Below are positions 35,451 through 44,331 of a stretch of DNA of 64,000 nucleotides, one piece after another. The first letter of the stretch is position 1; each line of letters begins with the position of its first letter. The stretch lies in contig JAHDQS010000001.1 in NCBI GenBank assembly GCA_018433675.1, positions 42,232-106,231 on the forward strand. The letters run 5' to 3'. The stretch is from Clostridia bacterium. Its GTDB lineage: Bacteria; Bacillota; Peptococcia; DRI-13; SM3-B62. Both the position numbers and the translations under genes were made by a program. Under the pieces are notes generated by a model, which searched no databases, was not told the origin of the DNA, and saw only the letters and a list, made by a program, of their open reading frames with translations.

Positions 35451-35500
35451 TTAACAGGTGATTAAGCATCTCTTAACAATTTCTTAACATGCCCTTAACA
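35451..35500 (+). promoter_or_regulatory. Array of five Pho-box-like direct repeats at exact 11-bp spacing
   Basis: TTAACA at 35451, TTAAGC at 35462, and TTAACA at 35473, 35484 and 35495. The array lies in the divergent region between the Na/Pi transporter and the L,D-transpeptidase. Confidence 0.6.
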
Positions 35501-35561
35501 ATTAGTTTTAAACTCTTTTGACTCAGCATATCATTTATAAATTAGTCATTGTTCAGAAAGG

Positions 35562-36086
35562 ATGTTGGAATTGTCGTCAGGTGGAATGTCGATAAAAATC
35601 GATCTCAGCAGCCGATATTTACACTTATACAAAGGAAGCGGCTTATACGGCACTTATAGAATAGCCATCGGCAAGCCCGCTACACCATCGCCCATCGGAA
35701 ATTGGAAAATCATTGATAAAAAAATACTTACAAAGGGCACCGTCTTCGGTACCCGTTGGATGGGTCTAAACAATGACGCTTACGGAATACATGGCAACAA
35801 CAACCCCAACGCTATCGGTAAAGCCGTATCCCTGGGATGTATCAGAATGTATAATAACGACATCGAAGGGATTTTCCCTCTCATCCCTATGGGAACAGGC
35901 GTTGAAATCTCAAGGGGAGCCCAGGGGCAACAGCTCGGCGGAAAAAGCTATACCGTAAAAAAAGGTGATACCCTGTGGACAATAGCACGCATACACGGCA
36001 CAAGCACAAGCGAAATCATCAGACTAAATCCACATATTGATCCGCATTTAATCTTTCCCGGAGACATCATCTACCTGCCAGTTTGA
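35562..36086 (+). CDS. L,D-transpeptidase (YkuD domain) with a C-terminal LysM domain
   Basis: YGIHGNNNPNAIGKAVSLGCIRM catalytic His/Cys motif. LysM region YTVKKGDTLWTIARIHGTS..IFPGDIIYLP. The start codon is uncertain and no clear signal peptide is seen. Confidence 0.8.
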   Translation: MLELSSGGMSIKIDLSSRYLHLYKGSGLYGTYRIAIGKPATPSPIGNWKIIDKKILTKGTVFGTRWMGLNNDAYGIHGNNNPNAIGKAVSLGCIRMYNNDIEGIFPLIPMGTGVEISRGAQGQQLGGKSYTVKKGDTLWTIARIHGTSTSEIIRLNPHIDPHLIFPGDIIYLPV

Positions 36087-37461
36087 TTCCGTCAATGATT
36101 ACATCTTCCTCACCGGGTAAAATGGTACGCAAATCCATGATATATCGTTCACGCTCAATATAGCCGATAATGGGGACCAAAAGACTGCGAAAATGCCCTT
36201 CCATCTCCATAGGGGTCTTCCCTTCACAGCTTATAACCAGCCCGTACGAGGGGAACTCCTGCCCGGGAAGACTTCCTCCTCCCATTTGCGCCTTTGTCGG
36301 GACGGGCTTGACCTTAACCCGTTCCTGCCCCCGATTCACTTCCGCAGCTATAGCCTCCGCCTTTTCGCGGAGCATCTCAACCGGGGCGTTCAGCATTCTG
36401 TAAAGAGGAACATTCTCCATCGCCTTTTCAGGAGACAAGTATTCCAAAAGGGTTGCTTCCAAAGCTGCAAGAGTGAATTTATCAACGCGCAGAGCCCTTG
36501 CCAGTTGATTCTTTTTCATAGCCTCAATATATTCTTTCTTCCCCAGCAAAATACCGGCTTGCGGACCACCCAACAGCTTATCACCGCTAAAGGTGACTAC
36601 ATCAACACCTGCGGCAATCACCTCAACAACGGTTGCTTCCTCCTGGGAAAAATCCAAGAACGATCCACTCCCTAGATCTTCAATCAAGGGAAGCCCCTTA
36701 CCATGTGCAAGCTCGAGCAAGTCCTTTCTTTCAACTGACTTTGAAAAACCTACGATGCGGAAATTACTGGTGTGTACCTTGAGAATAGCCGCCGTATCTT
36801 CACTGATCGCTTGCTTGTAATCGGACAAATGCGTCCTATTCGTAGTACCTACCTCAACCAGCTTTGCCCCTCCCAGCTTCATAACCTCAGGAACTCGAAA
36901 GGACCCCCCTATTTCCACCAACTCACCTCTGGATACTATAGCCTCCCGCCCCTTGGCAAGGGTATTAATTGCCAACAAGACCGCGCCGGCATTGTTGTTT
37001 ACCACTAACGCGCTTTCTGCTTTGGTTAAACGAAGCAAAAGTTTTTCAACATGTTCATAGCGCGAGCCCCTTTTCCCCTGTTTCAAGTCATATTCGAGAT
37101 TAGTATAGCCGCTTGCAGCTACAAGCAAGGCATCCTGTGCCTTCTTGCTCAGAACTGCTCTTCCCAGATTGGTATGCAAAAGCACCCCCGTCGCGTTAAT
37201 TACTCTCATCAGGGACGTCTTAGCTACTCCCGCCAAATGATTTTCAACTCTATCAAGCACCATGTCTAAAGAAATACCGGTCTTTTCTTTATTTCCAAGA
37301 GATAAGAAACCTTTTCTTAGTTCATCAAGCACCTCGTCAACAGCCGTCAATACCATTTCACGACCGTACTGTTCTGCTAAATCCCTTCCCTTCTCAGCAT
37401 TCAAAATCTTATGCATCGCAGGAAGCCTTCGCAATGACTCATTCGATTTTTTATCCGACAT
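36067..37461 (-). CDS. selA: L-seryl-tRNA(Sec) selenium transferase
   Basis: LRRLPAMHKIL N-terminus, NNNAGAVLL, and FSGDKLLGGPQAG (PLP lysine), all typical of SelA. Confidence 0.9.
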   Translation of the reverse strand: MSDKKSNESLRRLPAMHKILNAEKGRDLAEQYGREMVLTAVDEVLDELRKGFLSLGNKEKTGISLDMVLDRVENHLAGVAKTSLMRVINATGVLLHTNLGRAVLSKKAQDALLVAASGYTNLEYDLKQGKRGSRYEHVEKLLLRLTKAESALVVNNNAGAVLLAINTLAKGREAIVSRGELVEIGGSFRVPEVMKLGGAKLVEVGTTNRTHLSDYKQAISEDTAAILKVHTSNFRIVGFSKSVERKDLLELAHGKGLPLIEDLGSGSFLDFSQEEATVVEVIAAGVDVVTFSGDKLLGGPQAGILLGKKEYIEAMKKNQLARALRVDKFTLAALEATLLEYLSPEKAMENVPLYRMLNAPVEMLREKAEAIAAEVNRGQERVKVKPVPTKAQMGGGSLPGQEFPSYGLVISCEGKTPMEMEGHFRSLLVPIIGYIERERYIMDLRTILPGEEDVIIDGIKLAGR

Positions 37462-37651
37462 CGCACACTCTCCCCCACCCCATCTATCTATCCGCTAACA
37501 TTTACTGCTTACATGCATCCTTAACCGCTGCATGCATCCTTCAACCCTATTGTATGTTCTATCAAAAAATAAAACAAGGAATACCAATGCTGCTTTTAAC
37601 AACAATGTGTACTCCTCTTTTACAAAGACCTGCGGCAAAAATATCGGGTAA

Positions 37652-38266
37652 TCATGTGTCTGAAGGATCCGGCTTGATTTTTTCCCATAATTCAACAACC
37701 TTAAGTGCTGGCTTTATTTTAACTTCCTTCCCAACGTTCAGTGCTTCTTCGATTTTTTGCGAAACCTCCTCCTCTTCACCCTCCACACTTGTCTGTCCAT
37801 CAACAAAACAGAGGGGAGGAAACAACACACACCACCAATTTGCTCCCTGGCCTTCGCCTATTACTAATCTAACCGCCTCATACCTGCCTGCAGGCAAAGA
37901 AAATGTCCTGTAATACCTGACAGGAAAACTATATTCACCATAATATGCTTTAACATCGGCAGTACATCCCAGTTCCCGTAACTCTTGCTCTGCCAAATCC
38001 TCTAGTACATTGAGCTTGTTAAGAAGAATCATACGCGACTCCTCCAAACTGCGTGAATTAGCAAACTCCTCTCGTACTGCCTGTACCACCTTATCTCTCA
38101 CCCTATACTTCATGTCTTGATCATAAGCTTCATCACTGTTAGCAAGTATGTGGAGTCTAATCAAAGAAGGAACCCTTTCTTGAATGCTAATGCATTGAAA
38201 AAGAAACATTAATAATAGACCGACTAATATGAAGGATAAGACTTGCTTTTTGATTATCACACTCAA
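37652..38266 (-). CDS. spoIIR: Stage II sporulation protein R
   Basis: LIRLHILANSD..YD..K..VRD and NWWCVLFPPLCF motifs. The start is TTG at 38266 or GTG at 38260. Confidence 0.85.
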   Translation of the reverse strand: MSVIIKKQVLSFILVGLLLMFLFQCISIQERVPSLIRLHILANSDEAYDQDMKYRVRDKVVQAVREEFANSRSLEESRMILLNKLNVLEDLAEQELRELGCTADVKAYYGEYSFPVRYYRTFSLPAGRYEAVRLVIGEGQGANWWCVLFPPLCFVDGQTSVEGEEEEVSQKIEEALNVGKEVKIKPALKVVELWEKIKPDPSDT

Positions 38267-38345
38267 AACCTCCCCCTGTTTCTACTAAAAGTATTAACAT
38301 TGAAAGGTTTTTTTAAACATTAATCATAAAAGCAATAACAAGAAA

Positions 38346-38382
38346 GGCTTGAAATATTCATAATAAGTGAATATTTCAAGCC
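38346..38382 (-). terminator. Intrinsic terminator downstream of the DUF3794-LysM gene
   Basis: GGCTTGAAATATTCA-TAATAAG-TGAATATTTCAAGCC has 15-bp perfect arms, followed on the minus strand by UUCUUGUUAUUGCUUUU. Confidence 0.65.
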
Positions 38383-38393
38383 TGACCCCATGT

Positions 38394-39941
38394 TTATCCC
38401 ATACCCTTGACGGTGCAGGGTATTTTTATTGTCATGCCGACAAAAATTATGTTAGGATCCTTGATTTGCGGATTCGCATCCAATATCGCCTGAAGCGGCT
38501 TGTTAAACCTGATTGCTATCGCCATAAGGGTGTCTCCTTTTTGAATAACGTAGTCGAAGGACTCCCCTGGCTTACAAAATTCAGCTTCTTTCACTGCTAT
38601 CACAACCGTAAGTTCCTCTGTCTGTGTTACTTTTGCAATAATTTCCAAAACCGCGGTCTGCCGCCAGTTGGTTGTAGGTGTCGGAGCTGCCGCTTCTACA
38701 TTGACATATTCTATACGGGCAGTGACATCAACCATGTCGTTTTCACGCACACCGTCAATATGGATAAATTCTGTAAAGGGCTCATTAAGGGATATTTCCC
38801 GCAGCTGATCATCCACTGCCGACACGTAGTATAGTTGTTTATGCAGTACTCCTTTAATGATAACTTTGTTGGGAATAGCCTTACCTTCCAGATCCCGCAC
38901 CTCGGCATCCACCTTAGCTACCTTCCGCGCCTCTGTAGGTGTAACAACACTCGCCAAAATATTAACCTGACGGCGCCCCTCACCAACGGCGTTTTCAATA
39001 CTCAGTGTCCTGGTTTCATATTCTGCTCCCGCAACCGCCGTGACAAGGCAGATAGTAATCGGTTCCGTCACTTTTGCACAAATCTGCAGCACAACAGTTT
39101 CCTTGACATACTTTCTCCCGTTTCTGACAACCAGCTCATTATCGATGTATTCAATACGCACATCTGTGGTTACCATAGCTCCCTTTTTAGCTCCCGGAAT
39201 ATGGACAAAAACGCTGAATGGTACATCCGCGTGGGTTTCCCTCACCTCATTGCCGGGTTCGACAACATAGTAAATCTGCTTATGAAGTTTCCCTTTGATG
39301 ATGACCTTGTCAGGCAAAATCGTCTCTTCCGTATCCTGAATCTCCGCATCTACAGACTTAATCTTGTAAGTACCGTCCGGCAGCTCAATATAACTGTCAC
39401 TTAGGTTATATTGCTCACAGGCGGCACCAATAACGTTGTCAATAACGACTGTCTGGTAAGTCGGGATAATACCTATACCCGAGACATCCGTAACTACTTC
39501 AAATTCCAGCATTTCAATAACCTTTACTTTTATCCTTACTATACAAGTCTGCTGGAATCTGGTATGACAGTTATTATTATTCTCTACCATATCAATGGCT
39601 TCGACATCGCAATACTCAATATCGACGACCGTCCTGACATCCATTCCCGGCTCAACACCAGGCAAATGAACAAACTCTGTGATTTTTTCGTCCGGTACTG
39701 TGTATTCCTGCACATCGCCGGTCACGCACTCCACATAATATATTTGCTTATGCAGAATCGCCTCAACAATTACTTTGTTCTCAATAACCTTGCTTTTCAC
39801 ATCTCGAATTTGAGTATCGATGCTTTCTATTTTTTTAGCCGGCACAGGTAGTGTAATGTCTCGAATAATGTTTGCCTGCTTCACCGCTTCACCGATAACG
39901 TTTTCCACCTTTATTCTTCTAGTGGTGACATTAATGGACAT
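38394..39941 (-). CDS. Three-fold repeated DUF3794 (SPOCS-like) protein with a C-terminal LysM domain (SipL/SafA-like morphogenetic candidate)
   Basis: Internal repeats: NKVIVEAILHKQIYYV, DKVIIKGKLHKQIYYV and NKVIIKGVLHKQLYYV. C-terminal LysM YVIQKGDTLMAIAIRFNKP..IFVGMTIKIP. Confidence 0.75.
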   Translation of the reverse strand: MSINVTTRRIKVENVIGEAVKQANIIRDITLPVPAKKIESIDTQIRDVKSKVIENKVIVEAILHKQIYYVECVTGDVQEYTVPDEKITEFVHLPGVEPGMDVRTVVDIEYCDVEAIDMVENNNNCHTRFQQTCIVRIKVKVIEMLEFEVVTDVSGIGIIPTYQTVVIDNVIGAACEQYNLSDSYIELPDGTYKIKSVDAEIQDTEETILPDKVIIKGKLHKQIYYVVEPGNEVRETHADVPFSVFVHIPGAKKGAMVTTDVRIEYIDNELVVRNGRKYVKETVVLQICAKVTEPITICLVTAVAGAEYETRTLSIENAVGEGRRQVNILASVVTPTEARKVAKVDAEVRDLEGKAIPNKVIIKGVLHKQLYYVSAVDDQLREISLNEPFTEFIHIDGVRENDMVDVTARIEYVNVEAAAPTPTTNWRQTAVLEIIAKVTQTEELTVVIAVKEAEFCKPGESFDYVIQKGDTLMAIAIRFNKPLQAILDANPQIKDPNIIFVGMTIKIPCTVKGMG

Positions 39942-40027
39942 GATCTACACTTCCTCCTCTCTAAGGCATATTAATTCATTTAAGTATATGCCGTTATGAG
40001 GATTTTGTGCCTAAAATATTTCCTCCT

Positions 40028-41047
40028 TCATCTGCCTACGAAGAGTTGTGTAAACATCTTACCATACGGCCCGCCGTCAACTATGCCTATGCCAATATGA
40101 GTGTAATTGGGATTAAGAATGTTTTTTCTGTGTCCCGGCGAATTCATGAGGGAGTTGTGTGCTAATTCCACGTCTGGACTGCCGCTTAAATTCTCTCCCG
40201 CATATCGATATTCAACGCCAAAACTGCTCATCATTCGAAAGGGGTCACCATACGTCGGTGAGGTATGAGCAAAATAGTTATTGTTTATCATATCCTGGGA
40301 TTTAAGGCGGGCAACTCCTACCAATTCGGGGTTCATTACCAGTTCGGATATTCCTGCCTTTACCCTTTCCTGGTTGATTAATTTCAACATTTCGCTTTCC
40401 TCGGCGCTTACCTTGGTGCCGATTGTACTCCCGTCTTGCTCTTGTTTTATCTCTTCTGCGGGTTCGTTTTCACTTTCATTTTCTATGTTAACATCTTCTG
40501 TGATTTCACCTGCTTGTCCGCCTTGTCCACTGTCCCCGTTTCCCTCGTTTGCGTTTTGCAAAGCTTCTTTTTCCCGTTCTTCAAGCGTCTTACGAATATT
40601 ATTCAACCATACACCGGCCAAACCTTCGCCGCTGGAATTGTTCGCCTTATAGTCGGCTTCGGTTATAGTTATTAAAAGATTTCTTCCTGCCATAATAACT
40701 GGGCTTCCGTTTATTTGACCCGCCGTAATATTTGCGGTTTGCAAAGTCCCCCCCAGCTTTTTAACCCGTTCCACTATTATCATAGCCCTTTCCCGGGCGC
40801 TGAAACCCATTTGCATAGTTCTATATCTAACAACTACGTTATCATTGATTAAAAGCTCGTAGGTATCCTCATTCTCATCCATGCTTCGTACTTGAAAGTT
40901 ATGTATAACGGTAGCGGTTGCGTTCTCTCCACTGTCTCCATCTGCCTGAGCATAGACCGGAATACAAATGCTTAAAAACAGAATAAACATCAATACCAGC
41001 CTCAATAATGGAGTCTTCCTTCTTCTCTTACCCCTAGACTCTTTCAT
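40028..41047 (-). CDS. Secreted CAP/SCP-domain protein (YkwD-like)
   Basis: Signal peptide, an acidic linker, then LINQERVKAGI..YFAHTSP..GENL..SPGHRKNILNPNYTHIGIG. Confidence 0.8.
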   Translation of the reverse strand: MKESRGKRRRKTPLLRLVLMFILFLSICIPVYAQADGDSGENATATVIHNFQVRSMDENEDTYELLINDNVVVRYRTMQMGFSARERAMIIVERVKKLGGTLQTANITAGQINGSPVIMAGRNLLITITEADYKANNSSGEGLAGVWLNNIRKTLEEREKEALQNANEGNGDSGQGGQAGEITEDVNIENESENEPAEEIKQEQDGSTIGTKVSAEESEMLKLINQERVKAGISELVMNPELVGVARLKSQDMINNNYFAHTSPTYGDPFRMMSSFGVEYRYAGENLSGSPDVELAHNSLMNSPGHRKNILNPNYTHIGIGIVDGGPYGKMFTQLFVGR

Positions 41048-41233
41048 AAACTCCCTCCTATTATATTACATTTGATACTAAGATTGTATCTTTTTGGTGT
41101 TATTACTACAAATCTGCTAATTCGCCCTTGACCCCTTTCTGGGCTTATGGTATTTATGGCATTTGATGTATTTCCCGATTATTTAATATTAAATGGAAAT
41201 GGTATTTTGTCCCAAAAAACGGGCAAAAAAAAT

Positions 41234-41256
41234 AAGCTGCTTTGTGCTAGCAGCTT
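41234..41256 (-). terminator. Intrinsic terminator of veg (overlaps the stop codon)
   Basis: AAGCTGCT-TTGTGCT-AGCAGCTT, followed on the minus strand by AUUUUUUUU. Confidence 0.6.
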
Positions 41257-41522
41257 CGTGCTGTAAATATTATATCTTGCTCGTCACGAAAGAAGGTAAG
41301 CTGAACCGCATCTGTTAAAATATCGGCGTAACTATAAGACACTCTCCGCTCAACTTGCTTTTCTTCAAGCCTCACTACAAAAATATTAGGGTAAGTGCTT
41401 TCAAGAATACCTGTTTTTTCGATGACTTTTTTTCTGCCTTTATTAGCTCTCAGCTTAATCTTGTATCCAACATAAGGTTCTAAATCTCGTTTTATATCGG
41501 CCAAAACTCTTTTCGCAGACAA
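41247..41522 (-). CDS. veg: Veg protein (DUF1021)
   Basis: IKRDLEPYVGYKIKLRANKGRKK..GILESTYPNIFVV..SYSYADILT. TTG start preceded by a GGAAGGAAGGTG RBS. Confidence 0.85.
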   Translation of the reverse strand: MSAKRVLADIKRDLEPYVGYKIKLRANKGRKKVIEKTGILESTYPNIFVVRLEEKQVERRVSYSYADILTDAVQLTFFRDEQDIIFTARSC

Positions 41523-41553
41523 CCAATCACCTTCCTTCCGGGATTACTATATC

Positions 41554-41583
41554 ATTATAGCACTTGGTGACCAGGCTTGTCAA
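41554..41583 (-). promoter_or_regulatory. Consensus sigma-A-type promoter of veg
   Basis: The minus strand reads TTGACA (41578-41583), an 18-nt spacer, then TATAAT (41554-41559). Confidence 0.7.
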
Positions 41584-41876
41584 ATATGAATATATATTAT
41601 ACTAGAATCAAAGCGATGCTGTCAATAATAAATTCAGCACCTGTGTTCAGCACCTATGTGTTTGTGTTTGGGTTGGTTGCCATCGATAACTAATACATTC
41701 TCCGTTATTTCAGCTTGGCATGATTCACCTATGAATTCTATAATACTATTTTTAATTATATTTGTTTGATTTTCTAAAATAGTACGTTTAACATTGTGAC
41801 AATATTTACATTAATAAAAGCAATATTTTGAGGCCTTTCATTTGCAATACTCATTTTCTCCTCCTTATAAATCAAC

Positions 41877-42659
41877 TTATGTTTTATCAACGTTATTCCA
41901 CCAGAAAAGTGTTAAATATACTCCGACGCCACTTGTTAGAAAAAGTATAATAAAACTTAGCATAGAAAGATGTTCATTTTCAGCTCCGGCTGCCCCTAGA
42001 TATAATGCTGGTATAGCCCAGGGGAAATAGGAGGCAAATCCAAGTGTGCTTACAAATTGAGCTATAATGATGACAACGATAATAAAACCAAAAGGAAGCA
42101 TATATCCTTGACCATAATTTGCGAAAAATGCAACTGGTGCACATAGTATGATTAATAATAAAGCAGTTATTTCAAATCTCAGGAATTCTGAGGCAATAGC
42201 TTGTAAGGACAACTCTCCAAGACCAATAGCCATTCCAACTGCTATTCCCATGAAAAATATAAGTAAGGCCAGAATAAGACACCATAGAAAAATTACCGCG
42301 AATTTTGCCAGGACAATTGTTGTCCGTGATACTGGTAACGCGAGCAGATCCTTTAACGTTCGTTCTGCATATTCACTGCCAAATACCCAGCTGGTTATAA
42401 AGCCAAAACCCAATATTCCGCCAACCGAAAAATTCTGTTTCAATAATAAAAACATAGTCGGCCAGTTCGCCTCACCAATTAAATTAGCTTTCGTTGACAT
42501 GATTCCAATTTTATCAGTAAGTTCAGGGTGTTTAATAATAATCATTAATATCCCCATCATCACCGATGTTAAGAGAAAAACAAAGGACGTAATCCAAATC
42601 GTTTTGGATTTCTTTATTTTAAGCCATTCTACTAAAAATGCAGCTATAGCCCTTTTCAT
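41877..42659 (-). CDS. ABC-2-type transporter permease
   Basis: 260-aa six-TM protein. It overlaps the upstream ATPase gene by 4 nt and is AT-rich. Confidence 0.7.
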   Translation of the reverse strand: MKRAIAAFLVEWLKIKKSKTIWITSFVFLLTSVMMGILMIIIKHPELTDKIGIMSTKANLIGEANWPTMFLLLKQNFSVGGILGFGFITSWVFGSEYAERTLKDLLALPVSRTTIVLAKFAVIFLWCLILALLIFFMGIAVGMAIGLGELSLQAIASEFLRFEITALLLIILCAPVAFFANYGQGYMLPFGFIIVVIIIAQFVSTLGFASYFPWAIPALYLGAAGAENEHLSMLSFIILFLTSGVGVYLTLFWWNNVDKT

Positions 42660-43582
42660 TCTGATCCACCTCCATCAATTCCAATAACTCTGAAAAAATA
42701 TGATTCCAAGTCTTCTTCTTTTTTCACCAGCAGTGTAGGTGGATACCCCCTTGAAGAAAGTAAAGCCGATATTAGTTCTGGTTTCATTAATGCTTTTTCA
42801 TCATATATAACCAAATCTCCCTGATCGCTAACGTTTACAGAGTATCCTTTTTCTTCTATTATCCTTTTTGCGAAATCTCGGTTATTAGCATTAACCAATA
42901 GACTTTTTCTTCTCAGTCGATCAATCTCTTTTATCTCTAATTCCTGTACCAAATTTCCTTTATGAATAATACCAATTTTACCGGCGATCTTTGATATTTC
43001 TCCAAGAATATGACTTGACAAAAAAATCGTCACCCCATGATTCAATGCCATATCAAGCAAAAGTTCCCGGATTTCTACTATTCCGGCAGGATCTAATCCA
43101 TTCGAGGGTTCATCCAATAGAAGAATATCCGGATTATGAATAAGCGCTTTTGCCAACCCAAGTCTTTGTGTATTTCCGAGGGAAAGATATTTAACCTTTC
43201 TATTTTTATAGCTGTCCAGTTGCAACTTTGAAATAATCTCATCTACTACCTTAGGGTTTTCAATTGAGCGTAAACGTCTTATAATTTCCAGATTCTCTTC
43301 TACTGTTAAATTAGGATAAGAATATGGTGTCTCTACTAGGTAACCCACTTTTTTCCATAAATCATGATCCCTAGAATTTATCTTTTTGCCATAAAAATAT
43401 GCTGTCCCTGACGTGGGGTTTATCATGCCCAGCAGCAATCGGATTGTAGTAGTTTTTCCGGCTCCGTTTAGACCCAAAAATCCATATATTTCTCCTTTCT
43501 TTACATGCAGACTAACTTTATTAACTGCACATATGTTACCAAATCTTTTTTCTAGCTTATCGGTATGGATAACCGTATCCAT
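42656..43582 (-). CDS. ABC transporter ATP-binding protein
   Basis: Walker A GLNGAGKTT, signature LSLGNTQRL and Walker B LLLDEP. Confidence 0.9.
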   Translation of the reverse strand: MDTVIHTDKLEKRFGNICAVNKVSLHVKKGEIYGFLGLNGAGKTTTIRLLLGMINPTSGTAYFYGKKINSRDHDLWKKVGYLVETPYSYPNLTVEENLEIIRRLRSIENPKVVDEIISKLQLDSYKNRKVKYLSLGNTQRLGLAKALIHNPDILLLDEPSNGLDPAGIVEIRELLLDMALNHGVTIFLSSHILGEISKIAGKIGIIHKGNLVQELEIKEIDRLRRKSLLVNANNRDFAKRIIEEKGYSVNVSDQGDLVIYDEKALMKPELISALLSSRGYPPTLLVKKEEDLESYFFRVIGIDGGGSE

Positions 43583-43586
43583 ATTT

Positions 43587-44189
43587 TTACCTCCTTGCTA
43601 AACCTTCGGCGATAAAATCAACTAATATCTCAATCGTCCGCTTATAATTAGATTCACCAATAACTTTCTTACTAAAGGGTAAAAGAAATAAGGTCCGAAA
43701 TAATCCGACAATCACTTCAGGATTTTCGGTAATAAGTATTTCATCTTTCTGCCATTTCTTAATTATTTCATTCATAAATTGGATATCGCTTTGTATGTGC
43801 AATTCTTCTGCTTCCTCGGGGATATTTTCCATAATAGTTTCCATCTCATTCGTAGAAAGTAGTTGCTGAATAAGTGTATTTTTTTCAATTATATCTAGTA
43901 TACAAAACATGAATTTTTTCAAATGTTCTTTAATACCAGAAGTCTCAAAATCTACTTCTTCTAATATCTTTTGTCTGATTCTATTTTCTTCTAATTTTAT
44001 AACGGCATAAAAAAGAGTTTCTTTTGATGGGTAAAAACTATAAAAAGCTCCTTGAGATATACCTACAGCTTTTGTTATATCTGCTATACTTGTTTTCTTT
44101 AAGCCATATTTGCTGAACAGCTTTTTTCCTTTTACCATAAGTTCATTATTTATTCTTTCTCTTTGTTTATCACTAAAAGCTTTAGGCAT
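43587..44189 (-). CDS. TetR/AcrR-family transcriptional regulator
   Basis: HTH region TSIADITKAVGISQGAFYSFYPSKE. I chose the start at MPKAFS (44189) because a GGAGG RBS precedes it; the track ORF extends to 44228. Confidence 0.85.
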   Translation of the reverse strand: MPKAFSDKQRERINNELMVKGKKLFSKYGLKKTSIADITKAVGISQGAFYSFYPSKETLFYAVIKLEENRIRQKILEEVDFETSGIKEHLKKFMFCILDIIEKNTLIQQLLSTNEMETIMENIPEEAEELHIQSDIQFMNEIIKKWQKDEILITENPEVIVGLFRTLFLLPFSKKVIGESNYKRTIEILVDFIAEGLARR

Positions 44190-44331
44190 AGGTATCCTCC
44201 TTTCCGTTTCTATGAACATATTGTTCATATATTCATAGAATACATTATTTAATCTTATTAGTCAATGTATCATTACCTACACGACGCAAATGATCATACG
44301 ACCACAATCCAGACTGTTTTTCTCTGCTGTT

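Noticed and set aside
36067-37461. Possible selenoprotein genes (in-frame TGA) near selA.
   Set aside because: I looked for adjacent same-strand ORF pairs that would fuse across a single TGA and found none in the window. Every gap between called genes is in a different frame or contains several stops.
38367-39404. Two consecutive plus-strand ORFs (155 and 189 aa) opposite the DUF3794-LysM gene.
   Set aside because: The minus-strand frame has a coherent three-fold domain repeat and a LysM domain. The plus-strand products are Cys/Arg/Phe-rich nonsense typical of antisense frames.
42148-42687. A 179-aa plus-strand ORF opposite the ABC-2 permease.
   Set aside because: AT-rich DNA gives long stop-free antisense frames. 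The minus-strand product has a clean six-TM permease profile and operon coupling.
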